A DNA stretch of 64,000 nt from Candidatus Shikimatogenerans bostrichidophilus (GCA_029851265.1 CP099827.1:111107-175106); one strand, 5' to 3'; counted from the stretch's first letter, positions 31,945 through 41,758 are shown. The notes: generated by a model from the letters alone, not told the origin. Translations and numbers: made by a program.

Positions 31945-32870
31945 TTTTTTATTAAATTAATATATTTTACAATTTTTTGTTTATTTTTAGGATTAAACCA
32001 TATTATATCTTTATATTTTTTAAACCAAGTTATTTGTCTTTTAGCATAATTTCTAGTATTTTTTTTAATTTGGTCTATACAATTATTTAATTTTTTTTTA
32101 CCATATATATATGGTAATAATTCTTTATATCCTATAATATTTAATGAAATTAATTTTTTATTATTATAATTTTTTTTTACCTCTTCTATTAACCCCTTTT
32201 TTATCATAATATCTACTTTATTATTAATAATTTTATATATTTTTTTTCTATCAGTTATTAATCCTATTCTTATATATTTATTAAAAGGTCTTTTTTTTTT
32301 ATTATTTTTTTTTAAAAAATAAGAAAATTTTTTTTTAGTAAATTTTTTTATTTCTAAAGCTCTTATAATTTTTCTTTTATCTTTTTTATTTTTTAAATTT
32401 TTATAAAAATTATAATCTTCTTTTTTAATTTTTTTTAGTAAATATTTTAATTGTTTTTTATTTTGTTTATTTCTATAAATTAATTTTTTTTTTGTATTAA
32501 TTTTAGGTATATAATTAATTCCTTCTATTATAGATTTTTCATATAAACATGAACCTCCTACCATAAAAATAATATTATATTTATTAAACAATTTTTTCAT
32601 TATTTTTAATACATCATTTTCAAATTTAAATATATTATAATCATTATTTTTTTTAAAATTTAAATGTCCTATAAAATGATGTTTAATTTTTTTTAGGTAT
32701 TTTTTACATGGAATAGATGTACCTATTTTAATATCTTTATAAAATTGTCTAGAATCACATGATATTATTTCAGATTTAAATAAATTAGCTAAAAATATTG
32801 AAATCTTTGTTTTACCTATTCCTGTTGGTCCTACAATAGAAATTAAAGTTTTTATTATTTTTTTAAAAAT
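31941..32870 (-). CDS. miaA: tRNA dimethylallyltransferase MiaA (no ATG/GTG/TTG at the true N-terminus; start uncertain, ATT 32870 or ATA 32858/32855)
   Basis: The frame stays open upstream of the tracked ORF and encodes IFKKIIKTLISIVGPTGIGKT..IISCDSRQFY..IGT..HHFIG, continuing in frame to VGGS..Y, IGYKE and TRNYAKRQITWF. Confidence 0.93.
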   Translation of the reverse strand: MFKKIIKTLISIVGPTGIGKTKISIFLANLFKSEIISCDSRQFYKDIKIGTSIPCKKYLKKIKHHFIGHLNFKKNNDYNIFKFENDVLKIMKKLFNKYNIIFMVGGSCLYEKSIIEGINYIPKINTKKKLIYRNKQNKKQLKYLLKKIKKEDYNFYKNLKNKKDKRKIIRALEIKKFTKKKFSYFLKKNNKKKRPFNKYIRIGLITDRKKIYKIINNKVDIMIKKGLIEEVKKNYNNKKLISLNIIGYKELLPYIYGKKKLNNCIDQIKKNTRNYAKRQITWFKKYKDIIWFNPKNKQKIVKYINLIKK

Positions 32871-33932
32871 TTATTTATATATTTTATTTAATAAAAAATA
32901 ATCTAATATTACTAATGCAGTCATAGCTTCTACTATTGGTACAGCTCTAGGTAAAACACATGGATCATGTCTACCTTTTATTTTAAATTTTACTTTTTCA
33001 TTTTTTTTATTTAAACTATATTGAGTTTTTTTAATAGTTGATACAGGTTTAAAAGCTACATTAAAGTATATATCCATACCATTTGATATACCACCTTGTA
33101 TACCACCTGAATAATTTGTTTTTGTTTTATTATCTTTTATATAAACATCATTATGTTCTGACCCCTTCATTTTAGTACATTTAAATCCACTACCATATTC
33201 AAAACCTTTTACAGCATTAATTGAAAGCATAGCTTTACCTAATTCAGCATGTAATTTATTAAATATAGGTTCACCTAAGCCTATAGGAGTGTTTTTAATT
33301 ACACATGTAATTACTCCACCTATAGTATCACCTTTTTTTTGTATTTTTTTTATTAAATTTATCATTTCAATAGCTACATTTTTATCAGGACATCTAATAA
33401 TATTTTTTTCTATATTTTTAACTTTTATTTTATCATATGTATTTTTAATTTTTATATCATTTATAGATGATACATATGCATATATATTAATATTATTTAA
33501 AATTTGTTTAGCTATACTACCTGCTATTACTCTACATACTGTTTCTCTAGCTGATGATCTTCCCCCTCCTCTATAATCTCTTATTTTATATTTTTTATAA
33601 TAAGTAAAATCTGCATGAGAAGGTCTATATATATTTTTTATATTTTTATAATCTTTTGATTTAGTATCTTTATTATATACAATAAAACCAATAGGTGTAC
33701 CTGTAGTTTTTTTATTATAAATTCCAGATAAAATTTCTACTTTATCTTTTTCTTGTCTAGGACTTACTATTTCTGATTGTCCAGGTTTTCTTCTATTTAA
33801 TTCATAATTAATTTTTTTTTTATCTATTTTTATACCAGAAGGACATCCATCAATAATACCGCCTATAGCTTTACCATGACTTTCTCCGAAAGTAGTTAAT
33901 TTAAATATATTACCAAAAGTATTACCAGGCAT
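32871..33932 (-). CDS. aroC: Chorismate synthase
   Basis: [35 protein letters not shown] and GRHDPC. Confidence 0.99.
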   Translation of the reverse strand: MPGNTFGNIFKLTTFGESHGKAIGGIIDGCPSGIKIDKKKINYELNRRKPGQSEIVSPRQEKDKVEILSGIYNKKTTGTPIGFIVYNKDTKSKDYKNIKNIYRPSHADFTYYKKYKIRDYRGGGRSSARETVCRVIAGSIAKQILNNINIYAYVSSINDIKIKNTYDKIKVKNIEKNIIRCPDKNVAIEMINLIKKIQKKGDTIGGVITCVIKNTPIGLGEPIFNKLHAELGKAMLSINAVKGFEYGSGFKCTKMKGSEHNDVYIKDNKTKTNYSGGIQGGISNGMDIYFNVAFKPVSTIKKTQYSLNKKNEKVKFKIKGRHDPCVLPRAVPIVEAMTALVILDYFLLNKIYK

Positions 33933-34082
33933 AATTTAACATTTTTTTTAATAATAATTTAATTTTTTTTATAATTATAATGAATATTTTTATATTCTAT
34001 TTAATAATTAAATAAATATATATAATTTAACTAAATAATAATCTTTTTTAATTATATTAAATTTAAATATTTGATTAAATTA

Positions 34083-36005
34083 ATGAATAAAAAAAACAAT
34101 TATACTGCCCAAAAAATTCAATACTTAGAAAGTATTGAACATATAAGAAAAAGACCATCAATGTATATTGGTGATGTTAATATTAATGGATTACATCATT
34201 TATTTTATGAAATATTAGATAATTCTTTAGATGAATTTTTAGAAGGATATTGTAAGAATATTTTTGTAACTATTAATAGTAATGAATCTATAACTGTAGA
34301 AGATGATGGTAGAGGTATACCTATTGATTTACATAAAAAAGAAAATAAAACAGCTTTAGAATTAGTTATGACTAAAATAGGAGCTGGAGGTAAATTTGAT
34401 AAATCTTTATATAAATTTTCTAGTGGATTACATGGAGTAGGATTATCTTGTGTAAATGCTTTATCTAAACATTTAATAGTTGAAATATATAAAAATAATA
34501 ATATATATAGACAAGAATATTCTAAAGGTAAACCATTATATGATATTAATATAATAGGTAAAACAAATAAAAATGGTACTAAAATAACTTATAAAATAGA
34601 TGATAAAATTATAAAATATAAAATTTACAATTATGATATAATATATAATCGTTTAAAAGAAATATCATTTTTAAATAAAGGTATTAATATATTATTTTTA
34701 GATAAAAGAATTAAAAAATTTAAAAAAATTAATTATAAAAATGGATTAAAAGATTTTATTAATTTTATAGATAAAAATAATAATAAATTAGTAATTAAAA
34801 ATGATATATTTATAAAAAAAAAAAAAAAAAAATTAAAATTAGAAATAATAATAAGATATAAATATAATATAAATGAAAATATAATATCATATGTAAATAA
34901 TATAAAAACAATAAATGGAGGTACTCATATAACTGGTTTGAAAAGAGCTTTAACTAAAACATTTAAAAAATATATTAAATATTATTATAATAATAAAATA
35001 ATAGACGATATAAAAGGTAAAGATATAATAGATGGTATTATATGTATTATATCTTTAAAAATAACTAATCCTCAATTTGAAGGACAAACTAAAAATAAAT
35101 TAGTAAATAAAAAAATAGTAGGTAAGATAGAAAAAATAGTAAGTAAATTTTTAAATCTATATTTAGAAGAAAATCCATATAATAGTAAAAAATTAATAGA
35201 AAAAATATTTTTATCTTCTAAATATAGAAATGCAGCTAAAAAAGCAAAAGAATTAATAATACAAAAAAAAAATAAAAATTATAATAAAATAAGTGGTATA
35301 CCAGGTAAATTATCAGATTGTACATATGATAATCCAAATAGATGTGAATTATTTTTAGTAGAAGGAGATTCAGCAGGTGGAACAGCTAAACAAGGTCGTG
35401 ATAGAAAAATTCAGGCTATATTACCTTTAAAGGGAAAAATTTTAAATGTAGAAAAATCTATATATAATAAAATTTTTGAAAATAATGAAATTAAAAATAT
35501 ATTTTTAGCTTTAGGTGTTTATTTAGAAATAAATAATAAAAAATTAATATTAAATATAAAAAAATTAAAATATAAAAAAATTATTATTATGACTGATGCA
35601 GATGTAGATGGTAAGCATATATCTTCTTTAATTTTAACTTTTTTATATAGATATATGAATATTTTAATTATTAAAGGATATATATATATAGCTAATCCTC
35701 CTTTATATATGTTAAAAATAGGAAAAAAAAAAATATATATATGGAAGGAAAAAGATAAAAAAAAAATAATTAAAAAATATAAAAATAAAAGAATTAGAAC
35801 GCAAAGATATAAAGGATTAGGTGAAATGAATTCTGATCAATTATGGGAAACTACTATGAATCCTAAAACTAGAAAATTAAAAAAAATATTTATAAAAGAT
35901 TATAAATCAAGTAATAAAATTTTCACTATATTAATGGGAGAAAATGTTAAACCTAGAAAAAAATTTATAGAAAAAAATTATGTATTTGCTAAATTAGATA
36001 TATAA
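34083..36005 (+). CDS. gyrB: DNA gyrase subunit B
   Basis: RKRPSMYIG, EILDNSLDE, GLHGVG, VEGDSAGG, MTDADVDG and RYKGLGEMN. ATG at 34083 (alternative TTG at 34071). Confidence 0.96.
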   Translation: MNKKNNYTAQKIQYLESIEHIRKRPSMYIGDVNINGLHHLFYEILDNSLDEFLEGYCKNIFVTINSNESITVEDDGRGIPIDLHKKENKTALELVMTKIGAGGKFDKSLYKFSSGLHGVGLSCVNALSKHLIVEIYKNNNIYRQEYSKGKPLYDINIIGKTNKNGTKITYKIDDKIIKYKIYNYDIIYNRLKEISFLNKGINILFLDKRIKKFKKINYKNGLKDFINFIDKNNNKLVIKNDIFIKKKKKKLKLEIIIRYKYNINENIISYVNNIKTINGGTHITGLKRALTKTFKKYIKYYYNNKIIDDIKGKDIIDGIICIISLKITNPQFEGQTKNKLVNKKIVGKIEKIVSKFLNLYLEENPYNSKKLIEKIFLSSKYRNAAKKAKELIIQKKNKNYNKISGIPGKLSDCTYDNPNRCELFLVEGDSAGGTAKQGRDRKIQAILPLKGKILNVEKSIYNKIFENNEIKNIFLALGVYLEINNKKLILNIKKLKYKKIIIMTDADVDGKHISSLILTFLYRYMNILIIKGYIYIANPPLYMLKIGKKKIYIWKEKDKKKIIKKYKNKRIRTQRYKGLGEMNSDQLWETTMNPKTRKLKKIFIKDYKSSNKIFTILMGENVKPRKKFIEKNYVFAKLDI

Positions 36006-36086
36006 ATAAAATATTTTTTAAAAAATAATAAATATATAATATTTTTTTATTAATTTTTTTTTTTTATATATATTATTTTAAAAAAA

Positions 36087-36335
36087 TTATTTTTTAATTT
36101 TATATTGTTTTAATATTGATTTTACTGTTTTAGTTGGTTGAGCTCCATTTTTTAAATATTTTATAATTTCTTCTTTATTATAAATTATTATTTTTTTATC
36201 ATTATTTAAATTAGGATTATAAATACCTAATTTTTTAATTATTTTACCATCTCTTGGTTTTTTAGAATCTGCTAAAACTATAGAATAAATTGAATAATGT
36301 TTTTTACCTTTTCTTTGTAATCTTATTTTTATCAT
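36087..36335 (-). CDS. rpsP: 30S ribosomal protein S16
   Basis: IKIRLQRKGKK, ADSKKPRDG, LGIYNP and GAQPTKTV. Confidence 0.97.
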   Translation of the reverse strand: MIKIRLQRKGKKHYSIYSIVLADSKKPRDGKIIKKLGIYNPNLNNDKKIIIYNKEEIIKYLKNGAQPTKTVKSILKQYKIKK

Positions 36336-36434
36336 AAAAAAAATTTATTAATTAAATATAATATTTTTTATTTTAGTTAAATAAATATTTGTATATTTTT
36401 TTTTTATAAAATATATTATTTTTATATATATTAA

Positions 36435-36505
36435 AGACTTGTTGTGTAATGGTAGCACATCAGATTTTGGTTCTGATAGTTAAGGTTCGAATCCTTACAA
36501 GTCTA
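36435..36505 (+). tRNA. tRNA-Gln(TTG)
   Basis: Acceptor AGACTTG/CAAGTCT, anticodon arm TCAGA-TTTTGGT-TCTGA, GGTTCGAATCC. Confidence 0.94.
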
Positions 36506-36508
36506 TAT

Positions 36509-37453
36509 TTAAAATAAAAATATTTTTTTTTTATTTTTTATACCATTATATAAATTTATAATATTCATTTTTTTTCTATTATTTAATTGACAAATTAATA
36601 AATTTATAAATCCATCTTTAACTTTAATTAATATTTTTTTTTTAAAAAAAATTAATTTTCCTATTTTAATATTTAATAAATTTTTATTTATTTTAATTAT
36701 TTTAGATTTATATATATTAATTATAAAAATTTTTTTTTTAGTATTTAAAAAACACCATGCTGGTTTATTTTTTGATAAACCTAAAATTTTATTATATATA
36801 TTTTCAATTTTTTCATTTAAAAATATTTTTGAATAAAAATTATTAATTTTAGGTGCACTTAAATTATATTTAGAAATTTTATTTTTTTTTAATTTTATAT
36901 TTTTTTTTAAAACTATATTTATGGTTTTAATAATAAATTTTTTATTTATTATAGATAATTTATAATATAATTTTTCAAAATTAATATTTTTAATTTTAAT
37001 TTTTTTTTGTATAATAATTTTACCTTTATCTATTTTATCGTTAACAAAAAAACTAGTTAATCCAGTTTCCTTTTCTCCATTTATTATAACCCAATTAATA
37101 GGACATGGTCCTCTATAATTTGGTAATAATGATGGATGTATATTTATAGTTCCTAATTTAGGTATTTTCCAAATTTTTTTTTTAATTATTTTAAATGAAA
37201 TTAAAATTTGTAAATCTGGTTTAATTTTTTTAATTTTATTTATATATTTAATTTTATTTATATTTTCTGTATATATAATTTTTATTTTTTTTTTTTTAGC
37301 TATACTTAAAATTAAATTTTTTTTATTATTTATTTTTTTTTTTTTAGAAGTAATTATACAAGCGATTTTATATTTTTTGTTATTTATTAATTTTATTAAA
37401 CATGGATAACCAAAATCACCATTACCCATAAAAATAATTTTAATTTTATTCAT
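36509..37453 (-). CDS. fmt: Methionyl-tRNA formyltransferase
   Basis: KIIFMG, INIHPSLLPNYRGPCPI, GEKETG, IDKG and APKI. Confidence 0.95.
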   Translation of the reverse strand: MNKIKIIFMGNGDFGYPCLIKLINNKKYKIACIITSKKKKINNKKNLILSIAKKKKIKIIYTENINKIKYINKIKKIKPDLQILISFKIIKKKIWKIPKLGTINIHPSLLPNYRGPCPINWVIINGEKETGLTSFFVNDKIDKGKIIIQKKIKIKNINFEKLYYKLSIINKKFIIKTINIVLKKNIKLKKNKISKYNLSAPKINNFYSKIFLNEKIENIYNKILGLSKNKPAWCFLNTKKKIFIINIYKSKIIKINKNLLNIKIGKLIFFKKKILIKVKDGFINLLICQLNNRKKMNIINLYNGIKNKKKIFLF

Positions 37454-37478
37454 TTTTTTTAAAAAAAATATAAATATA

Positions 37479-37551
37479 TGACATGGCTGGGATTCGAACC
37501 CAGGACCCTTACATTAAAAGTGTAATGCTCTACCTACTGAGCTACCAAGTC
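37479..37551 (-). tRNA. tRNA-Lys(TTT)
   Basis: Reverse complement GACTTGG..CCATGTCA; anticodon arm TTACA-CTTTTAA-TGTAA. Confidence 0.95.
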
Positions 37552-37565
37552 TTTTTTATAAAATT

Positions 37566-37614
37566 TATAATATAATATTAATTTATATAATATAATATTA
37601 ATTTATATAATATA
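37566..37614. repeat. 20-bp tandem repeat, about 2.4 copies (TATAATATTAATTTATATAA)
   Basis: 37571-37590 and 37591-37610 are identical, with partial copies on both sides. Confidence 0.8.
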
Positions 37615-37698
37615 TATAAATTAACAAAAATTTTTAGGAATATAATTTAAATATATTTATTATTATATAAATAAAAAATTAAAATTATTCAAAGTTTT

Positions 37699-38223
37699 GT
37701 GAAAATTATTTTAATAGGATATATGGGTAGTGGTAAAACTTATATAGGAAATATTTTATCAATTTTAACAAATTATTTATTTTATGATTTAGATAATATT
37801 ATATATAAAGTTTATGATATACAGATAAAAAAAATATTTAATAAATATGGAGAATATAATTTTAGAATAATAGAAAATAAAATATTAAAATTATTTTTAA
37901 TAAATAAAAATTATAATTCTTATATTTTATCAGTTGGCGGAGGAACTCCATGTTTTTTAAATAATATTATTTTAATGAATAATTATTCTAATACTATATA
38001 TTTACAAACTAAAAAATATTTATTATATTATAGATTATTAAAAGATAACTATGATAGACCAATTATAAATAATAATATAAATAATAATAATTTATATAAT
38101 TTTATAAATAATAATATAAATAAAAGAAATAATTATTATATGAAATCTAAATATGTTATTAATACTAATAAAATGAAATTTTTTAAAATAGCATATTATA
38201 TAAAAAATTTATTTAAAATTTAA
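37699..38223 (+). CDS. aroK: Shikimate kinase
   Basis: LIGYMGSGKT P-loop, DLD, GE..FR..E, SVGGGTPC and RP; GTG start. Confidence 0.96.
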   Translation: MKIILIGYMGSGKTYIGNILSILTNYLFYDLDNIIYKVYDIQIKKIFNKYGEYNFRIIENKILKLFLINKNYNSYILSVGGGTPCFLNNIILMNNYSNTIYLQTKKYLLYYRLLKDNYDRPIINNNINNNNLYNFINNNINKRNNYYMKSKYVINTNKMKFFKIAYYIKNLFKI

Positions 38224-38224
38224 T

Positions 38225-38987
38225 ATGTTAAATAAATTTAAAAATTTTTTTTTACATTCAAAATTTAATAATAAAAAATATTTATTAGCTGTTAGTGGTG
38301 GAGTTGATAGTATGGTATTATTAAATATTTTTAATAAATTATTTAAAAAAAATATAGGAGTAGCACATTGTAATTTTAATTTACAAAAAAAAAATAATAT
38401 AAATAAAATATTAATTTTAAATTTTTGTTATAAAAATAATATTTTTTTTTTTTTATAAAACTTTTAATACTAAAAAATATTCTAAAAATAAAAAAATATC
38501 TATACAAATGGCTGCTAGAAAACTTAGATATGATTGGTTTTTAAAAATTATTAATTTATATAAATATGATTATTTAATTATTGGACATCATCTAGATGAT
38601 AGTATTGAAACTTTATTTATTAATTTATTTAGAGGTAGTGGTATATATGGATTAAAAGGTATAAATAAATTATTAATTTTTAAAAAAAAAAAAATTTTAA
38701 GACCATTTATTAATTTTAAAATTAAAAAAAAACAAATTTTAAATTATGCTAATAAAAATAAAATAAAATGGATAAATGATGTTAGTAATTTAAAAAATAT
38801 ATATTTTAGAAATAAAATAAGAAATAAAATAATACCATTTTTAGAACAAAATATTTTTAATTTTAAAAAAAAAATAATTAAAACATTAAATAATATTAAT
38901 TTAGAATATAATTTTATTAAAGAAATAATAACGTATTATACTAAAAAAATTTTTGTACTAATAAACATATTTATAATGAAATTATAA
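38225..38987 (+). CDS. tilS: tRNA(Ile)-lysidine synthetase TilS, frameshifted in a T13 run (38442-38454); 3' end overlaps thrS remnant
   Basis: Frame 1: LAVSGGVDSMVL..AHCNF. Frame 2: FYKTFNT..ISIQMAARKLRY..GHHLDDSIET..RGSG..LRP..D.SN..RNKIR. Removing one T joins the frames. Confidence 0.9.
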
Positions 38988-39718
38988 ATATTATTAAGAT
39001 TATTAAATATATATTAAAATTTTTTAATTTTAATAATTTTTATATAAGAATATCCTTAAAAAGTAAAAAAAAAAAAAATAATATAAAATATATAGGTAAT
39101 AATAAAATATGGGAAAAATCTGAAAAAATTTTATTAAAAATAAAAAATAAAATACAAAAAAAATACAATGTATATATAAAATATGGAGATGCTGCTTTTT
39201 ATGGACCTAAAATAGATTTTATAATTAATGATTCTTTAAATAGGGAATGGCAATTAAGTACTATACAAATAGACTATAATACACCTATTAGATTTAATTT
39301 AAAATATATAAATAAAAATAAAATTTGTAAACCACCTGTAATGATACATAGAGCTTTTTTAGGATCTATAGAAAGATTTATAGCTATTTTAATAGAAAAT
39401 ACTAATGGAAATTTACCTATATGGTTATTAAAAATACAATTAGTAATTATACCTATTAAAAAAAAAAATTATAAATATTCTAAAAATATATTTTTTTATT
39501 TAATTAAAAAAGGTATTAAATGTATAATAGATAATAATAAATATGATTTAAATAAAAAAATTAAAAAATATGAAAAAAATAAAATACCATTTATTTTTAT
39601 AATAGGTGATAATGAGGAAAAAAAAAAAAAAATTTCTATGAGAATAAATAATAAAATTAAAATTTTAAAAAAAGAAAAGGCTTTAAGTTATGTTTTAAAA
39701 AAAAACATTAATATTTAA
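38945..39718 (+). pseudogene. thrS: Threonine--tRNA ligase, C-terminal ~255 codons only (N-terminal and catalytic motif 1/2 regions absent)
   Basis: Open frame after the TAA at 38942: FCTNKHIYNE..KYIGNNKIWEKSE..GDAAFYGPKID..REWQLSTIQID..MIHRAFLGSIERF, then the anticodon domain; upstream of infC-rpmI-rplT. Confidence 0.88.
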
Positions 39719-39721
39719 TTA

Positions 39722-40330
39722 ATTTTTAAAATCAAAATTATTAAAAACAAAATAAAAACAATTGATAAAATTTTATCAAAATATAAAAAAAATTATAATA
39801 TTAAATCAAAAATAGTAAGATTAGTAGATAGTAAAATTTTTAAAAATAAATTATATAAAATTAATGATTTATTAAAAAAAATAAAAAATAAAAAATTAGA
39901 TATTATAGAGATAAATTCTAATATTAAACCATCTATAGTAAAAATAGTAGATTTAAATAAATTTAAATATAAATTAAAAAAAAAATATAAAAAAAATATA
40001 AGTAATGTAAATAAAAAAGATATTAAAATTATTAGATTAAGTCCACAGATAAATAAACATGATACTGAATTTAAAATTAAAAATGCAATAAAATTTTTAA
40101 AAAAAAAAAATAAAGTTAAATTTTATGTTTTTTTTAAAGGTAGATCAATAATATATAAATATCAAGGAAAAAAACAGTTAAAAGAATATTTTGAAAAAAT
40201 TAAAAAATATGGATATATACAAAAAAAACCTTTTATGGATAAAAATAAAATGTTTATGATAATATTTCCTAACCCCAAATCATATAAAAATGAAAAAAAA
40301 AATAAAATCAAGTATAAAAAAAAGATTTAA
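39722..40330 (+). CDS. infC: Translation initiation factor IF-3 (non-AUG start; exact ATT/ATC codon uncertain)
   Basis: Manual translation: NIKSKIVRLVD..LDIIEI..PSIVKIVD..IRLSPQINKHD.EFK..VFFKGRSI..MFMIIFP; conserved thrS-infC-rpmI-rplT order; TAA at 40328-40330. Confidence 0.92.
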   Translation: MFKIKIIKNKIKTIDKILSKYKKNYNIKSKIVRLVDSKIFKNKLYKINDLLKKIKNKKLDIIEINSNIKPSIVKIVDLNKFKYKLKKKYKKNISNVNKKDIKIIRLSPQINKHDTEFKIKNAIKFLKKKNKVKFYVFFKGRSIIYKYQGKKQLKEYFEKIKKYGYIQKKPFMDKNKMFMIIFPNPKSYKNEKKNKIKYKKKI

Positions 40331-40481
40331 AATAATGTTTAATAAAAAAATTAAAAGAAAACATGCTTTTAAAAATCATTTATTAACTAAAAAATCTAAT
40401 AGTAGAAAAAAAAGATTATCTAAATATGTTTATTTAGATAAATCAGATTATAAAAATATATTTAAACATTTAATTAATTAA
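40290..40481 (+). CDS. rpmI: 50S ribosomal protein L35
   Basis: KSSIKKRFK..KRKHAFKNHLLTKKS; operon position. Confidence 0.95.
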   Translation: MKKKIKSSIKKRFKIMFNKKIKRKHAFKNHLLTKKSNSRKKRLSKYVYLDKSDYKNIFKHLIN

Positions 40482-40492
40482 AATTATAAATT

Positions 40493-40846
40493 ATGCCTAG
40501 ATCAAAAAATATAGTAGCATCTAAAAAAAGAAGAAAAAAATATTTAAAATATGCAAAAGGATTTTATGGTTCTAAAAAAAGAAGTTATACAATAGCTAAA
40601 AATGCTGTTGAAAAATCATGGGTTAATTCTTATATAGGTAGAAAAATTAAAAAAAGAAATTTTAGAACTTTATGGATACAAAGAATTAATGCATATGTTA
40701 GAAAATATGCTAATATATCATATTCTAAATTTATATTTAAACTTAAAAAATTTAAAATTTTTTTAAATAGGAAAATATTATCTCATTATTTTACTATTTG
40801 TAAAAAAGGAGATTTTTTAAAAAAAATATTTAAAAAAAAATTATAA
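40493..40846 (+). CDS. rplT: 50S ribosomal protein L20
   Basis: MPRSKN..AKGFYG..KKRNFRTLWIQRINA..LNRKIL. Confidence 0.98.
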   Translation: MPRSKNIVASKKRRKKYLKYAKGFYGSKKRSYTIAKNAVEKSWVNSYIGRKIKKRNFRTLWIQRINAYVRKYANISYSKFIFKLKKFKIFLNRKILSHYFTICKKGDFLKKIFKKKL

Positions 40847-41758
40847 ATTATAATTATTTAAAGATTTAGTAGCTATTGTATTATTAAAAATTTTTTTTGC
40901 TTCTTTTTCAAATTTTTTAATATTAGGAAATCTACATGAAAAATGTCCTAATAATAATTTTTTAACATTAGATAATTTAGCTATTTTAGCAGCCTCTATA
41001 GAAGTAGAATGTCCTCTTTTATATGCTAATATATTATCTTTATGTAAGAATGTAGATTCATGATATAATAAATCTACATTTTTTAAATATTTAGATATTT
41101 TTGGATAATATGAAGTATCTGAACAAAAAGCATATGATAAAGGTTTTTGTTGTTTAAATGTTAAATATTTATTTGGTATTTTTGTACCATTTTTTTTTAT
41201 ATAATCTTTACCCTTTTTTATATTTATATAATCTGAAATTTTTATTTCTTTTATTTTATTAACATTTTCTATATTTAGATTTTTTAATTTTTTTTTTTCT
41301 TTAAATAAAAAACCGTTTGTATATATTTTATGTTTTAAAGGTATAGTATATATATTTACATTATTTTTATCATATATTTTTTCAGATTTTTTAGATGATA
41401 AAATAATAAATTTTAAAGGATAAGTAATTTTAGATTTTGACCATTTTAAATGTTCATTAATAATATTTTTTAATCCTTTAGGTGAAAATATATTTAATTT
41501 TTTTTTTCTTCCTAATAATTGATAAGTAGATAATATACCAATTAATCCAAAATAATGATCACCATGTAAATGTGAAATAAAAATATTATCTATTTTATTA
41601 ATTTTAATTTTAGCTTTTATTAATTGTACCTGTGTACCTTCACCACAATCTATTAAAAAGTAATTTTCTCTCATATATAATATTTGAGATGTAGGATGAA
41701 AATTTCTTGTTGGTAAAGATGAATTACATCCTAATATAATAATATTAGAATTTATCAT
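40841..41758 (-). CDS. rnz: Ribonuclease Z
   Basis: LIDCGEGTQ, SHLHGDH, CSDT, LYHESTF, GHST and LGHFS. Confidence 0.97.
   Translation of the reverse strand: MINSNIIILGCNSSLPTRNFHPTSQILYMRENYFLIDCGEGTQVQLIKAKIKINKIDNIFISHLHGDHYFGLIGILSTYQLLGRKKKLNIFSPKGLKNIINEHLKWSKSKITYPLKFIILSSKKSEKIYDKNNVNIYTIPLKHKIYTNGFLFKEKKKLKNLNIENVNKIKEIKISDYINIKKGKDYIKKNGTKIPNKYLTFKQQKPLSYAFCSDTSYYPKISKYLKNVDLLYHESTFLHKDNILAYKRGHSTSIEAAKIAKLSNVKKLLLGHFSCRFPNIKKFEKEAKKIFNNTIATKSLNNYNL

Noticed and set aside
31941..32870. miaA as a truncated or frameshifted pseudogene
   Set aside because: Manual translation shows one uninterrupted frame with all N-terminal motifs; only the start codon is non-canonical.
36006..36086. 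Inverted repeat between convergent gyrB and rpsP
   Set aside because: The arms are imperfect and purely A/T, so it cannot be told from background.
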